From: the human T2T-CHM13v2.0 reference genome, Homo sapiens
Direction: 5' to 3' (one strand)
Assembly (NCBI RefSeq): GCF_009914755.1
Contig: NC_060928.1
Length of the DNA stretch: 64,000 nt
Shown one piece after another: positions 1 to 14,399 of this stretch. The first letter of the stretch is position 1, and each line of letters begins with the position of its first letter. The position numbers and the translations under genes were made by a program. The notes below the pieces were generated by a model, which searched no databases, was not told the origin of the DNA, and saw only the letters and a list, made by a program, of their open reading frames with translations.

Positions 1-209
1 TTTATCTCATTCCAAAGCCTGAGTCCTACTCTGACCTCAGCAAAGCACAGCATAAGTAGTTCTAGGTTAATAAATAATCAATAATATGGATAATTATGTA
101 GGAACTCTTCAATGTGTTATGGTCAGACAACCGAAAATACAGTTAGTTTGTGAGAGTTAGTCTTTAAAATATACGAGCATGTGATTAGTAAGATTAGTGA
201 CTTTTCTAG

Positions 210-440
210 AAAGCATATAGATCTGTACTCAAATCTTTGCTCCCACACTCCATGTTGGTGACCCTGGGTAAATTAAACAGTCCATTTTGGACTTCATATG
301 TTTAATATATAGAGTACAGGTATACATTTCATACAAATATATCAATACATAATAGTTATCCCATGAAGATTTTGTGGAATTTAATTAATTAATTTACCTA
401 GCATGCTCATTACAGTCTATAACACATAGTGTGTGCTCAA
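210..440 (+). mobile_element. MIR SINE relic
   Basis: Degraded MIR core (ctcaaatctttgctcc...gtgaccctgggtaaattaa) and 3' end (aacacatagtgtgtgctcaa). Confidence 0.55.
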
Positions 441-799
441 CAGGTTTTCTCTCTTAAGGCCTGATGGCTTCCTAATCAAGAGAGAGAACAGAGAAAATAT
501 CATAGACTTGATTGTGAAAGGTACTATTGCTTTTAAATGGCATAGTCAAATTATTAAAGATAAGTAAAATGAAACTTTAAAGTAAGTAATTTTAAGTAAA
601 GTGAGATAGATAAAGTAAAACTCATGAACAGCAAAGAACTTGACAAGGGGACAGTAAATGTTTGGCTGTTTATCCAGCACAGTTTAGGCAAGAGGTACAA
701 TGAAGCCAGGGATATGAATGTTTTGCTGTGGGGTAATGATAGCACATCTGGCTTTTTCAGTGGACTGGAAAAAGCTTACATCCACATGACATTATGACA

Positions 800-1541
800 T
801 CCTTGATTCCTCCGTTTCCCGCACATGCCACATGCAAACCATCAGCAAACCGGTTTTCATCCCTTCTACCTGCATTATTCTAGTCCAAGCCAGTAGTATC
901 ATCACAACTTCTAGATTGGCTCAGGTTATTCTTAATGCAGCCACTGGAGCTGTCCTTTTAAAATGTATGTTAGATCGTATCATTCCTCTGCAATAACCCT
1001 TCAGTGGTTTCTCATCTTACTCCGTAAAAAGTCAACATTCTTTACAGTAGCATACAAGCCCCTTTTAAACCTGGCTGCTTTGTTACCAATGTTTCCTCAT
1101 TCTCTACCAGTTTCTTGTCCATTTTGCTTCAGCTGTGATGGTCTCCCTGCACACTCTTGCCCTAGAGTTTCTGCACTCGCTGTTCCTTTCATCTAAAACA
1201 TTCTTCCCTGAATACCTCGTGGCTTCTCATTTACTACAGGTCTGAACTGAGATGTCATTTTGATAAGTCTCTATAAATAGCATCCAGCCTGCCCTGTTAA
1301 TAGACACTGTAATTTCCTCCTCTGACTTTTTCCCCTCTGTTGTATTTATCTTCTTCTGACATAATACATATTTATTTGTTTTTTTTGTTATATGTATCTC
1401 TACCTGTCCCGCACGCATGCCTTCACAAGGTAAGTTCTATTATGCCAGGGACTTTGCATTGTTTATGATTATATGCTTAATACCCAAAAGAGTTCCTGGC
1501 TAAACGTAGGTGTTTACTAAATGTTTGTAAAATTAATGAAT
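800..1541 (+). mobile_element. L2 (L2a-like) LINE 3' fragment
   Basis: L2 motifs ttaaaatgtatgttagatcgtatcattcctctg, ccagggactttgcattgttt; terminal aaatgtttgtaaaattaatgaat. Confidence 0.7.
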
Positions 1542-2819
1542 TGAGATTATACAACGCTCTTTATTCTGATGACACGTTCTAAGAGCAATATTACAATTAT
1601 TTTTTCCTTCTTTCCAAATACCATAATGTAGGAAAGGGGCACAGTATACTCCTGGCGCAATTAATCACAGGAAAAGAACACATCTTTTTTAAAAATATAA
1701 ATTAGTACATTAACAAAAAGATTGCAAGAGGAGGGAAAACAAATGCAAAACATCCATTTGATGAATTGGTGGAGGAATTTCAAGATCAAGATCTGATGAT
1801 ATTTGACTAATGAAATTTTTTTCTTAAAATATAAAAAGGAACATCCAACACTTTCCCATAAAGTTACTTGAGTAGAAAGTTCATAAATCAGATTTTCATA
1901 ATGAATTCAGTCTATCCTTTCAACCTTAGCAAGGTTATATCTAATTATTCCTAGAGTGATTAGTATGTATTATTTTTAGGATTCTCTTATGTATCTTTTA
2001 TATCTTATATATCTTTTCTAAAAGATGTAACCATTAGAATTTTAAAACTTACATGTATGACGTCAGTATCCTTAGGAGGACATGTATTTGGATGCACAAT
2101 GACTTTCATAAATCACATAATAATAATCACTAAATGTGTTTCAGTCTTACCAAAGTTCTTAAATGTTTATTATTAGCACTTTCGATACCATCTGGCTTAT
2201 TAACTCCCTGCTATATACCTTGCTTAATTTGTTTTTTGGGTTATAGATATAATATTAAGTAGATAAGATGAGAATAATTGAGAACTGGTTCTTAATTATT
2301 TTCATGAATGACAGAATTTACCTTTGGTATGCCTATTTCATACAGCGAAAACTGATGGGAAGGACTGGAAAAAAAAATCTCAGGGGAGGTTGGCTTTTGT
2401 GTCAACTTCCCCAAGGGGTGACTACATCTCGATTAATTTTGTTGCTGCTACACTTCTGTGGAGTTCAGGAAATTACTGCCCCTAGAAACGAATATCTGAG
2501 ATCAGGTAAGATATTGGCTAGCGGATTTTCTAAAGAATAAAGGCCAAACTTTCTAATTTACTCAGTGCACAGGATTCGCACTTTTCTAGGTATTTTGTAA
2601 GAAACAAGTAAAATACATAAGCTACTATTTAAAGACATCTTCACTGTATAAAATTAAAAGCATCTGCTATTTATATTAGCAGACTTTTCATTGTTAAGGG
2701 GGCTTCATTTTCTTCAAGATTCTCTAACTACCTCTCAAATATATATTAAACAGATTTGCAATGTTTTAGTACTGCATACTTGCATGCCAAATACAGAAAT
2801 ATATTAAATGTAACCCATG

Positions 2820-3030
2820 TACTAGATAGTAGTTTAGGAACTTTATATCTATTAGTTCATTGAAAATACACACACACAAACACACGTGCACACACAAAAA
2901 GTAAAGAAGAGGGATTGAAGCTCAGAAATTAAATAGTATGCTCAAGGTCACAGAATCAGTGTGTTCAGAGAAGGTATTTGTGCTTTGATCTTCTGGCTCA
3001 AAAAATCCTGTAGTATTTCTCCTATATCAT
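2820..3030 (-). mobile_element. MIR relic with embedded (CA)n
   Basis: gggattgaagctcagaaattaaatagtatgctcaaggtcacag matches the reverse MIR core. Confidence 0.6.
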
Positions 3031-3614
3031 ATAGATTTAGATCTTTTGATGATCTAAAATGGAATAAATACATTCACACATATTTCAATATTATATTAAT
3101 CTTGCTAGTATTTTCAGTTATTATTTACCTATGTCCTATCATGTCCTTGCAAACAGTATCCTTGCTTTACCTGGGGAAAAGTAATTGTCAAAGTTAGTTG
3201 CTAATGATATCATTTTTGCTTGTTCTACTTCTGAGTTATTTTTATCTTGTGGTTTATTTATTTTGGCACAGCAAGATTCACAGCTTCCTCCACAATTTCA
3301 TAAAATGTTTCTTGCTTCATAACCTTGTTGGCTGCCCTAATTGCAATGTTCCTTTAAAATAAAGTTAATTTGGACCTTTATTTAAGTACTCGTAAAGGTT
3401 TTTGTTTAATCTCATATGCTTTAACCACATATAAAATAGAGTATATTTCTGAGTGTAATGCACAATCATTTTCATGGAGACTACTATATCCTAAGGTTTT
3501 GGCTTCAGATAATGTCTAGTACATATTTTTGATTAGTTTCTACATTGGATTGAAATAATTTATTTTTATAGTAGCAGAAAACATTTCACTCTATGAATTT
3601 CAATTTTCATTGCT

Positions 3615-3653
<39 letters not shown>

Positions 3654-3676
3654 TTATTTATTTATTTATTTTTTTT
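3615..3676. repeat. Compound (TG)n(TA)n(TTTA)n microsatellite at the Alu tail
   Basis: Directly visible between the left TSD cattgct and the Alu body. Confidence 0.9.
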
Positions 3677-4023
<347 letters not shown>

Positions 4024-4089
4024 TGACATACCTGTTTAACACTTGTATTTTATACAAATGACTATCCACCTTTGGAGGATACTGCTCCA

Positions 4090-4290
4090 TCATCCATTCA
4101 GCAAATGTTTGTTGAGTGTCTGCAATAATGAAAATTGTGGGAAGTTTTGGGAAAGTAAAGATAAATAATAAAGATCTACCCTCTCAAGGCTTATGGTATA
4201 ATGAAGATGGATGTATGTTAAATATTGCAATGCGGTGTTAAGTCCATTTCAGGTCATCATACAGGGTGTTGTGGGTTTACAGAACAATTG
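4090..4290 (-). mobile_element. L2 3' relic
   Basis: catccattcagcaaatgtttgttgagtgtc is the reverse L2 3' end. Confidence 0.55.
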
Positions 4291-4729
4291 AGAAGAACAG
4301 CAAATGCAGGAGAAAATTGATGTGTAGAATGCCAGATGTCTGAAACAGAATTTTGATGTCAGGAATCTGCAATTTCCTTTCACTACAGTGAAAGTTGCAT
4401 GTGCGTAAATGGGAGACTTGACTAGAGCTCCAGAACCTAAAGCATAAAATTTAAATTTTTATAAAAGCTAGGAAAAGCTAAATATACTATCTATGGGTTT
4501 ACTTGAAAACTTTTATATGTATGGTAGAAGGACTGATTTCCCAGTGTGGTTAGCTTTTTGATGATTAATCTATAATAAATATCTGAACTTTCCAATTCTC
4601 TCACTGTACACTTGGCTAGCTCTATCAACTACATGAGGCCTAATTAGAAATACCAAATTTATTTTAATACTAACTGCTGCAATTGGGATTTAAAATAAAA
4701 ATTTGGAGACTTGAGCTCCAATAATTTAC

Positions 4730-4960
4730 TACTACATGGATTAAGGAAAGGATATGTGTCAGACACCATCTTGGGAATTTATAAACATTTTTATTTCATT
4801 CTTACCACCGTTCAGGATACTGGCACTATTATCTTCATTGCGTGGGTATGGAGGTTTTCTCAAGCAATTAAGTGTAAGTATCTTCACCAGGTTTGCAAAA
4901 GTAATAGGTGACAGAAGAGTCTTAATCCAGGTGTGCTTGATTCAGAGTCTGCACTTTATA
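4730..4960 (-). mobile_element. MIR relic
   Basis: Weak MIR-like motifs, e.g. gagtcttaatccaggtgtgcttgattcagagtc. Confidence 0.45.
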
Positions 4961-5024
4961 TCCCTCTTTCCTTCCATCCCCAGTAAGCCTAATTACTTCT
5001 GCAAAGTCATAAATTTTATTACAT

Positions 5025-5203
5025 CAATAGTTCTTCAAAATGTAATGCCTAGATCAGCATCATTTGGGGACATTTAGACATACAAATCCCTGGGCCATAT
5101 CTCAGACTTACAGAATAAAAAACTCTGGAAGTGGAATCTATCAATGAGAGTTTTACAAATCCCTCTAGCTTACTCTCGTGCAAAACAAAATTTGAGAACT
5201 ACT
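5025..5203 (+). mobile_element. MER5A hAT-Charlie MITE
   Basis: TIR-like ends caatagttcttcaaa and tttgagaactactg; internal cagacttacagaataaaaactctggaagtgg. Confidence 0.75.
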
Positions 5204-5218
5204 GTATCAGGGTTTTGC

Positions 5219-5440
5219 ATTGTGTTTCTCAACCCTGACTATACATTGGAATCATCTCAAAGGCCTGAAAAATACCAGTACCATGGCAACCACCTCAGAG
5301 ATTATGATTTATAATTATTCGGAAACGAGAAATGTGTGTGTGTGTGTGTATGTGGACAAACACACACGACACAAACATACACATATACATATATTTTCCA
5401 AGGTGATCTTAAATGTGTATTTAAAATTGAGAAACACTAT
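5219..5440. mobile_element. MER5B MITE with central (TG)n/(CA)n
   Basis: Ends tgtgtttctcaacc and ttgagaaacact; internal cattggaatcatct and aggtgatcttaaatg. Confidence 0.7.
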
Positions 5441-5447
5441 GGCATAT

Positions 5448-5630
5448 CAGTGCTTCTCAAGTTTAGTGTGTATTTAAAGCACCTGGGGATCTTGTTAAAA
5501 TGCATATTCTGGTTCAATGCATCTGGCTGAAGTTGATATTCTGTAATTTTGATGCTGAAATTCCACAATTCTAAAAACCTACCAGATAATGGTCATTCTG
5601 CTGGTCCACAGTACACACTGAATAGTAAAG
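5448..5630 (-). mobile_element. MER5A/MER5A1 MITE
   Basis: cagtgcttctcaagtttagtgtgtatttaaagcacctggggatcttgttaaaatgc...ctgctggtccacagtacacac. Confidence 0.75.
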
Positions 5631-5699
5631 TATTATATTTAACATGCCACTCACTGTAACTGAAATATATGATTTTTGAAATCTTTCAATTCATTGCCA

Positions 5700-5975
5700 A
5701 AAGGAGGCAATATTGCTTTGTCTATGAGTGTGGGCTGTGTTGTTAAAATGGGTTTGAGATTTTGCTTCACTGGGGATTAGTTGTATAACCATAAGCAAAT
5801 TTTTTACTCTCTCCGTTTCTCAGTTTCTTTATTTTTAAAGTAATTTTCAAAGTTAGTTTTTAATGATAATAATGGTAACTACCATAATAATTTTCTGAAT
5901 ATTTAATAAATAAATCAATAAAAATGATTATTACAGTGTCTGCCATTTCATAAGTGGTTAATAATTCATTATTAT
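5700..5975 (+). mobile_element. MIR relic
   Basis: ttactctctccgtttctcagtttcttt core and MIR-like 3' end. Confidence 0.55.
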
Positions 5976-7879
5976 TTTTATTAATAGTATCATTATAAAC
6001 TTTTCATTTCTAGTTTGACCTTCATTAGAGCAATTCAATACTGACATATGTTCTTATATTAAGAACAAGATTATACTGAAAAATTACAAACATAATTGAA
6101 TTAAAAAAAGGAGAAAGCCACAAAACATTTATTTATTCTCAGCACCAAAATGTTAGACACTCAAGCGGAAGTATAACATTCAACAATGCATATTTTGCAA
6201 AACAATGTAATTTGCTACTAGGTACAGCAATTTTAATCACCCTACTAGAGCTTTAACAAATTTAATATAACTCTTGTGACCTGTTTAGATATGTAATCTG
6301 TTCTAAAACTACTTAAGTCTGGAGACACATGGCTTTTAGCAGAACTATTCTTTGATCCAAGTGCTTCCCTATTATAAAGGATTTCTTAAGCATTTCTCCA
6401 CAACCAGTGGTCCAAAACAATATTAATAAAAGTTTGTTGAATATAATAACTAATTAAATTCATAGTTTCTGATTTTAACAGACCCCAAATTGCTTTATAT
6501 TTTCTATTAGAGAGTTTGACCTACTTAGTAGATTAGAGAACTTTGTGATCTGAATGATATTCCTGCCTGACAGCAGGAATTCACATTCCTTGAGGACTTA
6601 CCTTAAGTAGGACTCATTAGTCCTCTGTAGTCCAGTGCCCCAGCTGCCTATGCTGAAGACAAAAGGGTAGCCAATTTAATTAACCACAGCCTCGAGGAGC
6701 ATAATTCATTATCAATTTTTCCAAGTAATTTAAGACTGTATCAATGCTCCCAATGAAAGGATAGATGGAGCCAAGTGGTCTAATAAAGAAAGAAATCCCT
6801 TAAATCTAATTGCTCTTTTGACTATTTAATTGAAGGTAAAATTAGAGGCCATGACAAGACCACAAAACATATCATCAGAGTAGAGAGACCTATATTTCTT
6901 TTATGTGATAAGAAGTCAATAAAGTACACAACCAAGCTTTGTGGGGAGAACTGTCTGTGACTCATTGTACAAAATACTGTAGCCTTTCTACTGCCCTTAG
7001 CTTATGTAACTAATTTCGTAGCAAATGAACAACAGTTGAAAAAAAAATAAATACATAAATAAATAAAAATGAATTCTAAAAAAAAAAAATTGAAACATTT
7101 ATGTTCATGTTATTTACAATAATTGACACAAATCAATAGCTAGAAATAGCTTCTCAATGACTAATTTAATTTGCTTACTCGAATATTAAGTGCCTACCTC
7201 GTGCTGTGTTAAACAAAGAGAAGGCTAAGTAAAATATTTTTATGCCTTTGAAATGCTGACACTTTACTAAGTGATGAGAGGTAATCATATATAAAATGAT
7301 ATGGTTAAAAATAAGAGAAATGATAAAGTTATAAGGATTGTGAGAATTGTAGGGGAGACAACTTATATAAAGTGAAAATTATTTGAGTAGGGCCTGAAAC
7401 AAATATTTATAATTTACAAGGGAGAAGATATGTAAAAGAGATGGCTGAACACAGGGAATACAATGCCCCTAACTTTTCTTCTTCGAACGGCTGGAGAATG
7501 AATGGGAGTAAGATAGATAGAAAATTAGACTGTTGACACCAACTACACCCTGATTTTATGGATCATGTGCTTGAATGTGTTCTTTCCATCAGTTAGTTCA
7601 TTCTATTCCCTCAACAGATATTAAGGTATGCAATCTTATCTTCACCTTGATGAACTGAGAATTAATTTGAGAAGGTATGTGGAATGCCCAATGCCATTTT
7701 CTTGATCAGTGGAATCCCAAGGCTTAACTCACAGGACTTTCTGCTTCAAGCCTGCAAATCTTTTTATATACCATACTAGCAAGAACTTGTATGTCATATT
7801 AGGTGGAATGGAATTCATTCCATAGACTACTATTAATACATTTTAATTAGGAGATCCATGATTATACTTGATTTTAACC

Positions 7880-7880
<1 letters not shown>

Positions 7881-7915
<35 letters not shown>
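7881..7915. repeat. (AC)17 microsatellite
   Basis: Pure dinucleotide run. Confidence 0.95.
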
Positions 7916-7917
<2 letters not shown>

Positions 7918-8854
7918 ACAAAAATGACAAAACTAGAAATCTAGCAACAGATTAAATATTGAATGGAAACGGTGTTGATTTTTAAAGGTGTATGGTTTTT
8001 AAAAAATACATTGCTCTTGTCATCATGAAACCAGCATTGAATAAGCAAGAAAGACATAAAGCAAAGAGATGCTCTAGTCAGTACATTTTCATATAAGTCT
8101 CATTGACTTAAGAGAGCAGTAACAATAACATGCTGTGTGTTACTCAACTAAGTAGAAGTATAACAACAGCTTTTGGAAATTCAAGCACAATTTTCAAACA
8201 CCTCAAAAGAAAGTGCTAGGAATACATCAGAAGAAGGAATTAAGTTTTGCTGCTTGTTTTCTAATAAATAACAAACTCTGTAATTTTCCTAAAGTAACTA
8301 GCAAGTAAGATTTGAGGGCCTATATTGATTTTCATCTACAGTTCACTAACTCTTTGAAACTAGATGTGATTATTTCAAATTGGGGCATCAAATCTCAAAA
8401 ATATCTGCGTGCATGGTCTGACAGAAACGTAATAATATAAACGATTAGGAAAAACTAGTTCTGACAAGCTCCTCAACTCAAGAAATTCCAGTTTATTTAT
8501 ACTGAGCTCTGCTTCCTCCTCAATCCATATGCCACTGAAATGTGTGTTATCTCTCTCAACTCTCCAACCTAATGTACAAGCATCTGTTTCTATAATTACA
8601 AAAATTTAGCAGTAATCGTATGGAGTTGTATAGTCAATAATATTAAATTCTTGCTACAGTAACTTGAAGATTGATTAGATAACTGTATTTTTGAATATAC
8701 AGTGGCTATGACTTCACTAGATAAAAAGAGAAAACATGGGTTTAGAATCATAAAAATAGAGGAAAATATTTAAATAAGGTAGTTGAGTGGAGAACACTAA
8801 ACAAAGGTGGAAATTCTAAATATTTTCAAAGATGGAATCTGAATTTAAAGGGGC

Positions 8855-9306
8855 CTTAGTTATCTATCATTATATAGTAAATTACACCAAACTTAGCAGC
8901 TTAAAACTACCCATCTTTATTGTCTCATAATTTCTGTGTGTCAGGAATCTGGGTACTGTTTACCTAGGTCCTCTAGCTCAGGGTCTCTCACAGGCTGCCA
9001 TCAGGTAGAGGCCAGGCCATAGTCATCTCAAGTCTCAACTGGAAAGGGCTCTGCTTCCAAGCGCCTGTGGCAGGATTAAGTTCCTCATGTATCTTTTCAA
9101 CATAGCAGCCTGCCTTATTAAAACATGCCATCCATGAGTGCAATAAAGTCTCCAGCATTACAGAAGTCAGTAACCTAACCATGAAAGTGATGTTCTATTA
9201 TTTTTGCTGTATTCCTTTGTTTAAAAGGAAGTCACTAGGTTTATCCTATGCTCAAGGTATGAATAAAATTAAGGAAGGGAACCAGCTTATAGTCTACCTA
9301 CTACAG
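8855..9306 (-). mobile_element. MLT1 (MLT1F/G/H-like) MaLR solo LTR
   Basis: aaattacaccaaacttagcagcttaaaac...tttctgtgtgtcaggaatctgg...ctcagggtctctcacaggctgc; ends ctacctactaca. Confidence 0.75.
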
Positions 9307-9604
9307 TGCTTTTGTGTATATCTATGTTGTAAGAACTCTCTAGAGACTATAAATACCTACTGGTATAATTTTGGTATTGAAAAGCAGAAATACTGTAAAT
9401 TACCACTTACCAATAAAAAATCCAAATTGTTGTTTGAACTTTTAAATGTAAAAATATTTGCGTGTGTGTGTATTTTATATATATATATATATTTAATCTG
9501 ATACTTATCAATTATAAGAATTTAGAGTTTTTTTCATTTTTGTAATTTTAACAGCAATGAAAACATAGAATTACCTTAAAGTTGTAGTTATTTGAAAATT
9601 GCAA

Positions 9605-10352
<748 letters not shown>

Positions 10353-10489
10353 TTTATCATCTTATCAAAGCAACTGCAAATGGGATCAAATCTCTTTAAA
10401 ATTTCATGCATAGGTTAATTAATATTACTTTAAAACTACATATATATGTGGATGTGAGAAATATTCAGGGATACATAGTTAAATGTTTG

Positions 10490-11100
10490 CATGTATTAAA
10501 CAGAAAATAAATACCATTGCCTATTACTATGTACCAGAAACTGTTTTATGTGTCTATCAGTAAATAAAACAGAAAAGGTCCCTGTTCTCATTTTACTTGT
10601 ATCCCAGAGTGGTAATAAGACAAGTGTTGAACAAGTAAAAAGTCAATTGTAGATAGTGATATGAAGAAAGTAAAATAGTCGATGAGGGTGACAGTGGTGG
10701 GCAATGCTACTGAAGGAAGTCTGGGTATTGCAGGTCTCTGGGGATAACGGCATTTGAATGGAAATCTGAATGATAGCACTGTTAATATCTGGAGGCTGAG
10801 CTTTCTAGAGAGAGGGAAAAACAATTCCAATGATCCTTAAAGCAGAAACGCTACGAGCCTGCTTAAGGACATGAAAGAAGAGTAGTGTGGCTGTACATAG
10901 TGATAAGTAAGGGATGTGGAGTAGTCAAAATGAATTTGGAGAAGCCCCAGGGTGTACTTTATAGAGGTTATTGTAGGCTGTGTAAGTATTTTGAAATTTA
11001 TTCTAATTCAAAGCGGAAGCTATTAGAAAGTTCTTAGGAGGAGAATGGCAAGAACTGGAGACAGCCTTTTAGGAAAATCTTGCTAGCAGAGAACTTGTGT
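10490..11100 (-). mobile_element. L2 fragment
   Basis: cctattactatgtaccagaaactg, aaggtccctgttctca, gcatttgaatggaaatctgaa, gaagctattagaaagttcttagg. Confidence 0.65.
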
Positions 11101-12370
11101 TTTGAAGAGCTGTGAAGTAAAGTAGATATTTGTGAAGACAGAAAAGTCTAGAGCATTTTGTTTAATGATAGAAATGACTCAAGAGAAAACGATGTTCCAG
11201 AAGAGAGGTGGCCAACTGCAATTTTGAAGGATGCAGAAAGTAATTTCCTATTACAAGTGGAGAAGTTGGGCTTTAGAGACCCTGAAGGTCAAATCAGTCA
11301 TTGAAACAAGAAGACAAGTAGAGTGGTGAGGGTGGATATGAGATATTGTTGTAAAATGATAAAATGATAAAATAACTTCTTTTTTTTGCAAGCAAGATAT
11401 TAGATTTTCAATATTTCCTTATAGGTTGAGATTCTATGATTCTCAGGTGAACATTTCTTTAATTATGCATTCATTGAGATTCTATGACTTGTAAGATTAA
11501 CATTCCATTATGCTATACATTTTAAAATGGAGGAATAATCTAAACCAGCCATTTGCAAATCTTAGTATACAGCTAGACGCACTATGAGAAATACGAAAAT
11601 ACTCTTTGGTGAATTTTTCATGCAGCAAATTTTTCATTTATTCTGAGATTATGCTCTTTTCACTACTTGTGTCTTAATGCCTTGTTTTTTATTAAATGAT
11701 GATGATAAAAGACATGAGATATGTTCAAATGTCGTTAATTTGGAAAGGCTTAATAAAGCTGATGTTCATAGATAGAGGGCACAACCCTTCTTTTCTTTTT
11801 TATTTCTGAGCATCAAACATTTTTTGCCATAGTGCTTTTTTATTTGGGTTTTAAAGAAAAATAAAATTAAATATTTAACTTCTTTTGTAGAAAATAAAAC
11901 ATTCTGAGATAATATAAATTAAACAGAAAATAATTACTTCATGAGAGAACAAATGAAAAGTAAAAAGTTTAGTTGACTAATTTCAGTGCTTCCATTATAA
12001 CTTGGTTGTTCAGAGAGGCCATTCTAGGTTCTCATTTTTAAGCATTTAAAGCATCAGTCATTGAAGAAATAAGACAACTGTCACACTTTAGCTACCTTTT
12101 CCAGCACATGAAATTTATCTTACTACCTAAAACTGATTACTTGTCAATAATGTAATTCATCTGTGTGTCTGTTTAAAAATCAAGAAATGGAAACATGCTA
12201 TCTTAAAAGGAAATGTTTTATTTTCCTTTTCTATGAAAAAAAATGCAGGGTAAGTAAATACCCTAGAAACGATTAGTATGTGTCTATGTATATTAGAATA
12301 GAAAACTATCAACTCAGGGTGTCCCATGTATTTAAAACACCCCACTAAGAAAAAAAAGACGTATGATTAT

Positions 12371-12782
12371 TGATATAGTTTGGATTTTTGTTCCTTCTAA
12401 ATGTCATGTGGAAATGAGATCCCCAACGTTGGAGGTGGGGCCTAATGGAAAGTGTTTAGGTCATGGGACAGATCCCTCATGAATGGCTTGGTGCCTTCCC
12501 TGTGGTAGTAAGTTCTCCTTCTATTAGTTCACGTGAGAGCTGGTTGTTTAAAAGAGCATGGCACCTCTCCTCTCTCTCCTGCTGCCTCTTTTCTCTCCAT
12601 GTGATATCTGCTTCCCTTGCATTCCACCATGATTGGAAGCTCCCTGAGGTGTTCACCAAAAGCAGATGCTAATGCCGTGCTTCTTGTACAGTCTACAAAA
12701 CTGTAAGCAAACAAACCTCTTTTCTCTATAAATTACCCAGCATCAGGTATTCCTGTACAGCAACACAAAACAGACAAATACA
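12371..12782 (+). mobile_element. MSTB-like MaLR solo LTR
   Basis: Starts tgatatagtttgg, ends cagacaaataca; internal ataaattacccagcatcagg. Confidence 0.88.
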
Positions 12783-13374
12783 TTATCTTTCTACTCATTT
12801 ATCTTTGCAGCTGGATACCTAATATGTGCTATGTATGTATGCATGTGTAAATGTATCCTCTCTCTCTCCTTCTGTCCCCCATATGTGTGTGCATGTTATG
12901 TGTTTGTGTGTGTGTATATATATAATATTTTGTGTACCAGGCACCATTTTAAGCACCCTCCAAATAATAATTTTCCAAATATGTAGGTTAAAATCTATAT
13001 TAACTTTATTGTAATAATTTCTGAAATTGTAATTAAGAAAATAACAATAGAAAAATGAAATATAAAATAATTGTAATGTCATGCTGGTGCTTTCACTTAT
13101 AATTTACACATCACTTTTAATGATTACTGTGAGTCAAACCTCCTTTTTGGGAAAACTAATGAGATTATGCTGTAATCTCTTTAATAGTCTCCTAAAAGTA
13201 AATAACATTTTCTGCAATTAAATCCAAGAATGTCCAACTACTCACTTGCATCTCAAGTCCAAACGATTTATTTATATAGTGACATCTGAAATTTTATTGC
13301 TGCTTCTCTACTTCTGTGAAAGCATTGCATTGTGACCAATCAATTAGGCTCAAGATTTCAGATTTATTTTAATT

Positions 13375-13600
13375 AATAATGGCCAACATTTATTGGAAAT
13401 CTGTTATATCTCAGTCATTTTCCCCATCCATTATTTTAGTCAATTTTTACAACATCAAAGGTAATTACCATTATTTATTTGCTTTACTCAATTGAGAAAG
13501 TAAGACTGCAGAAGTTCAGGGACTAGGTAGAGGCATAGGGCTACCCCATGATGGAGTCAGGAGTTGAACTAGGTTCTTTTGGTTCCTAAGCCCCAAATTC
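13375..13600 (-). mobile_element. MIR relic
   Basis: gccaacatttattgg...gagaaagtaagactgcagaagtt...ggagttgaactagg. Confidence 0.55.
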
Positions 13601-14222
13601 ATTTCAAAATAATACATGCTGCAGCTGAAGAGAAAATGGTTACTGGTATTTCAGAAAGCAAATGTTTTATGTTGTTCCCTCTTTTGGAAGTCAATAAAAA
13701 CTTCTGCTAAACAGCAGTCATTGAGAACATATTATGGATAAAGATCCATGGCTTCTGAGTACTATTAAAATAAACATTTCCAACAAATTAACAAACATCT
13801 CTCGAAACCAACATATTTTTCCTTCATTATTGTTACCTATCAGATGTTTCTCAGGCTTCCTTGGGGTACATGCAGGAAGAGATTCAGATTTTTTTTATAT
13901 GTCAAAGAAAATCAGTTAATTCATTTCAAAACAGGTATTGTAAAATTTATCCCAGCCATTCATAAACTTTTTAATTTCTTTTTAATTTCTATTCTAAAAT
14001 TATGACTAATTATTGTATTCCAGATTTGTGTATCTTAAGTTTGATTTTCAGAGATCACGAGTAGATGATATTAAAAATAAAAAAATTATTTGTTTCTAAA
14101 AAGTCAGGAAATCATTTGATCTGACACATTTGTTTTACTAGTATTTCATTATTTAATACTGACTAGATTTCCTTTTGTTATTTTCCATCCTAACAGTATT
14201 TCTTTCAAACTTTCTCATTTTC

Positions 14223-14310
14223 TCCCTTCCCTTCCCTTCCCTTCCCTCCCCTCCCCTCCCCTCCCCTCCCCTCCCCTGCACTCCACTCCCCTTCCCTCCC
14301 CTCCCCTTCC
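14223..14310. repeat. (CCCTT)n/(CCCCT)n polypyrimidine tract
   Basis: Directly visible; GGGGA repeats on the minus strand. Confidence 0.9.
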
Positions 14311-14399
14311 TGTCCTTTGTCTTTCTTTCTTTCAACGTGAGTGCTACCATAAATATATATTTTGCTTACACATTTCACATTAAATTTCTTCACCTTTTC

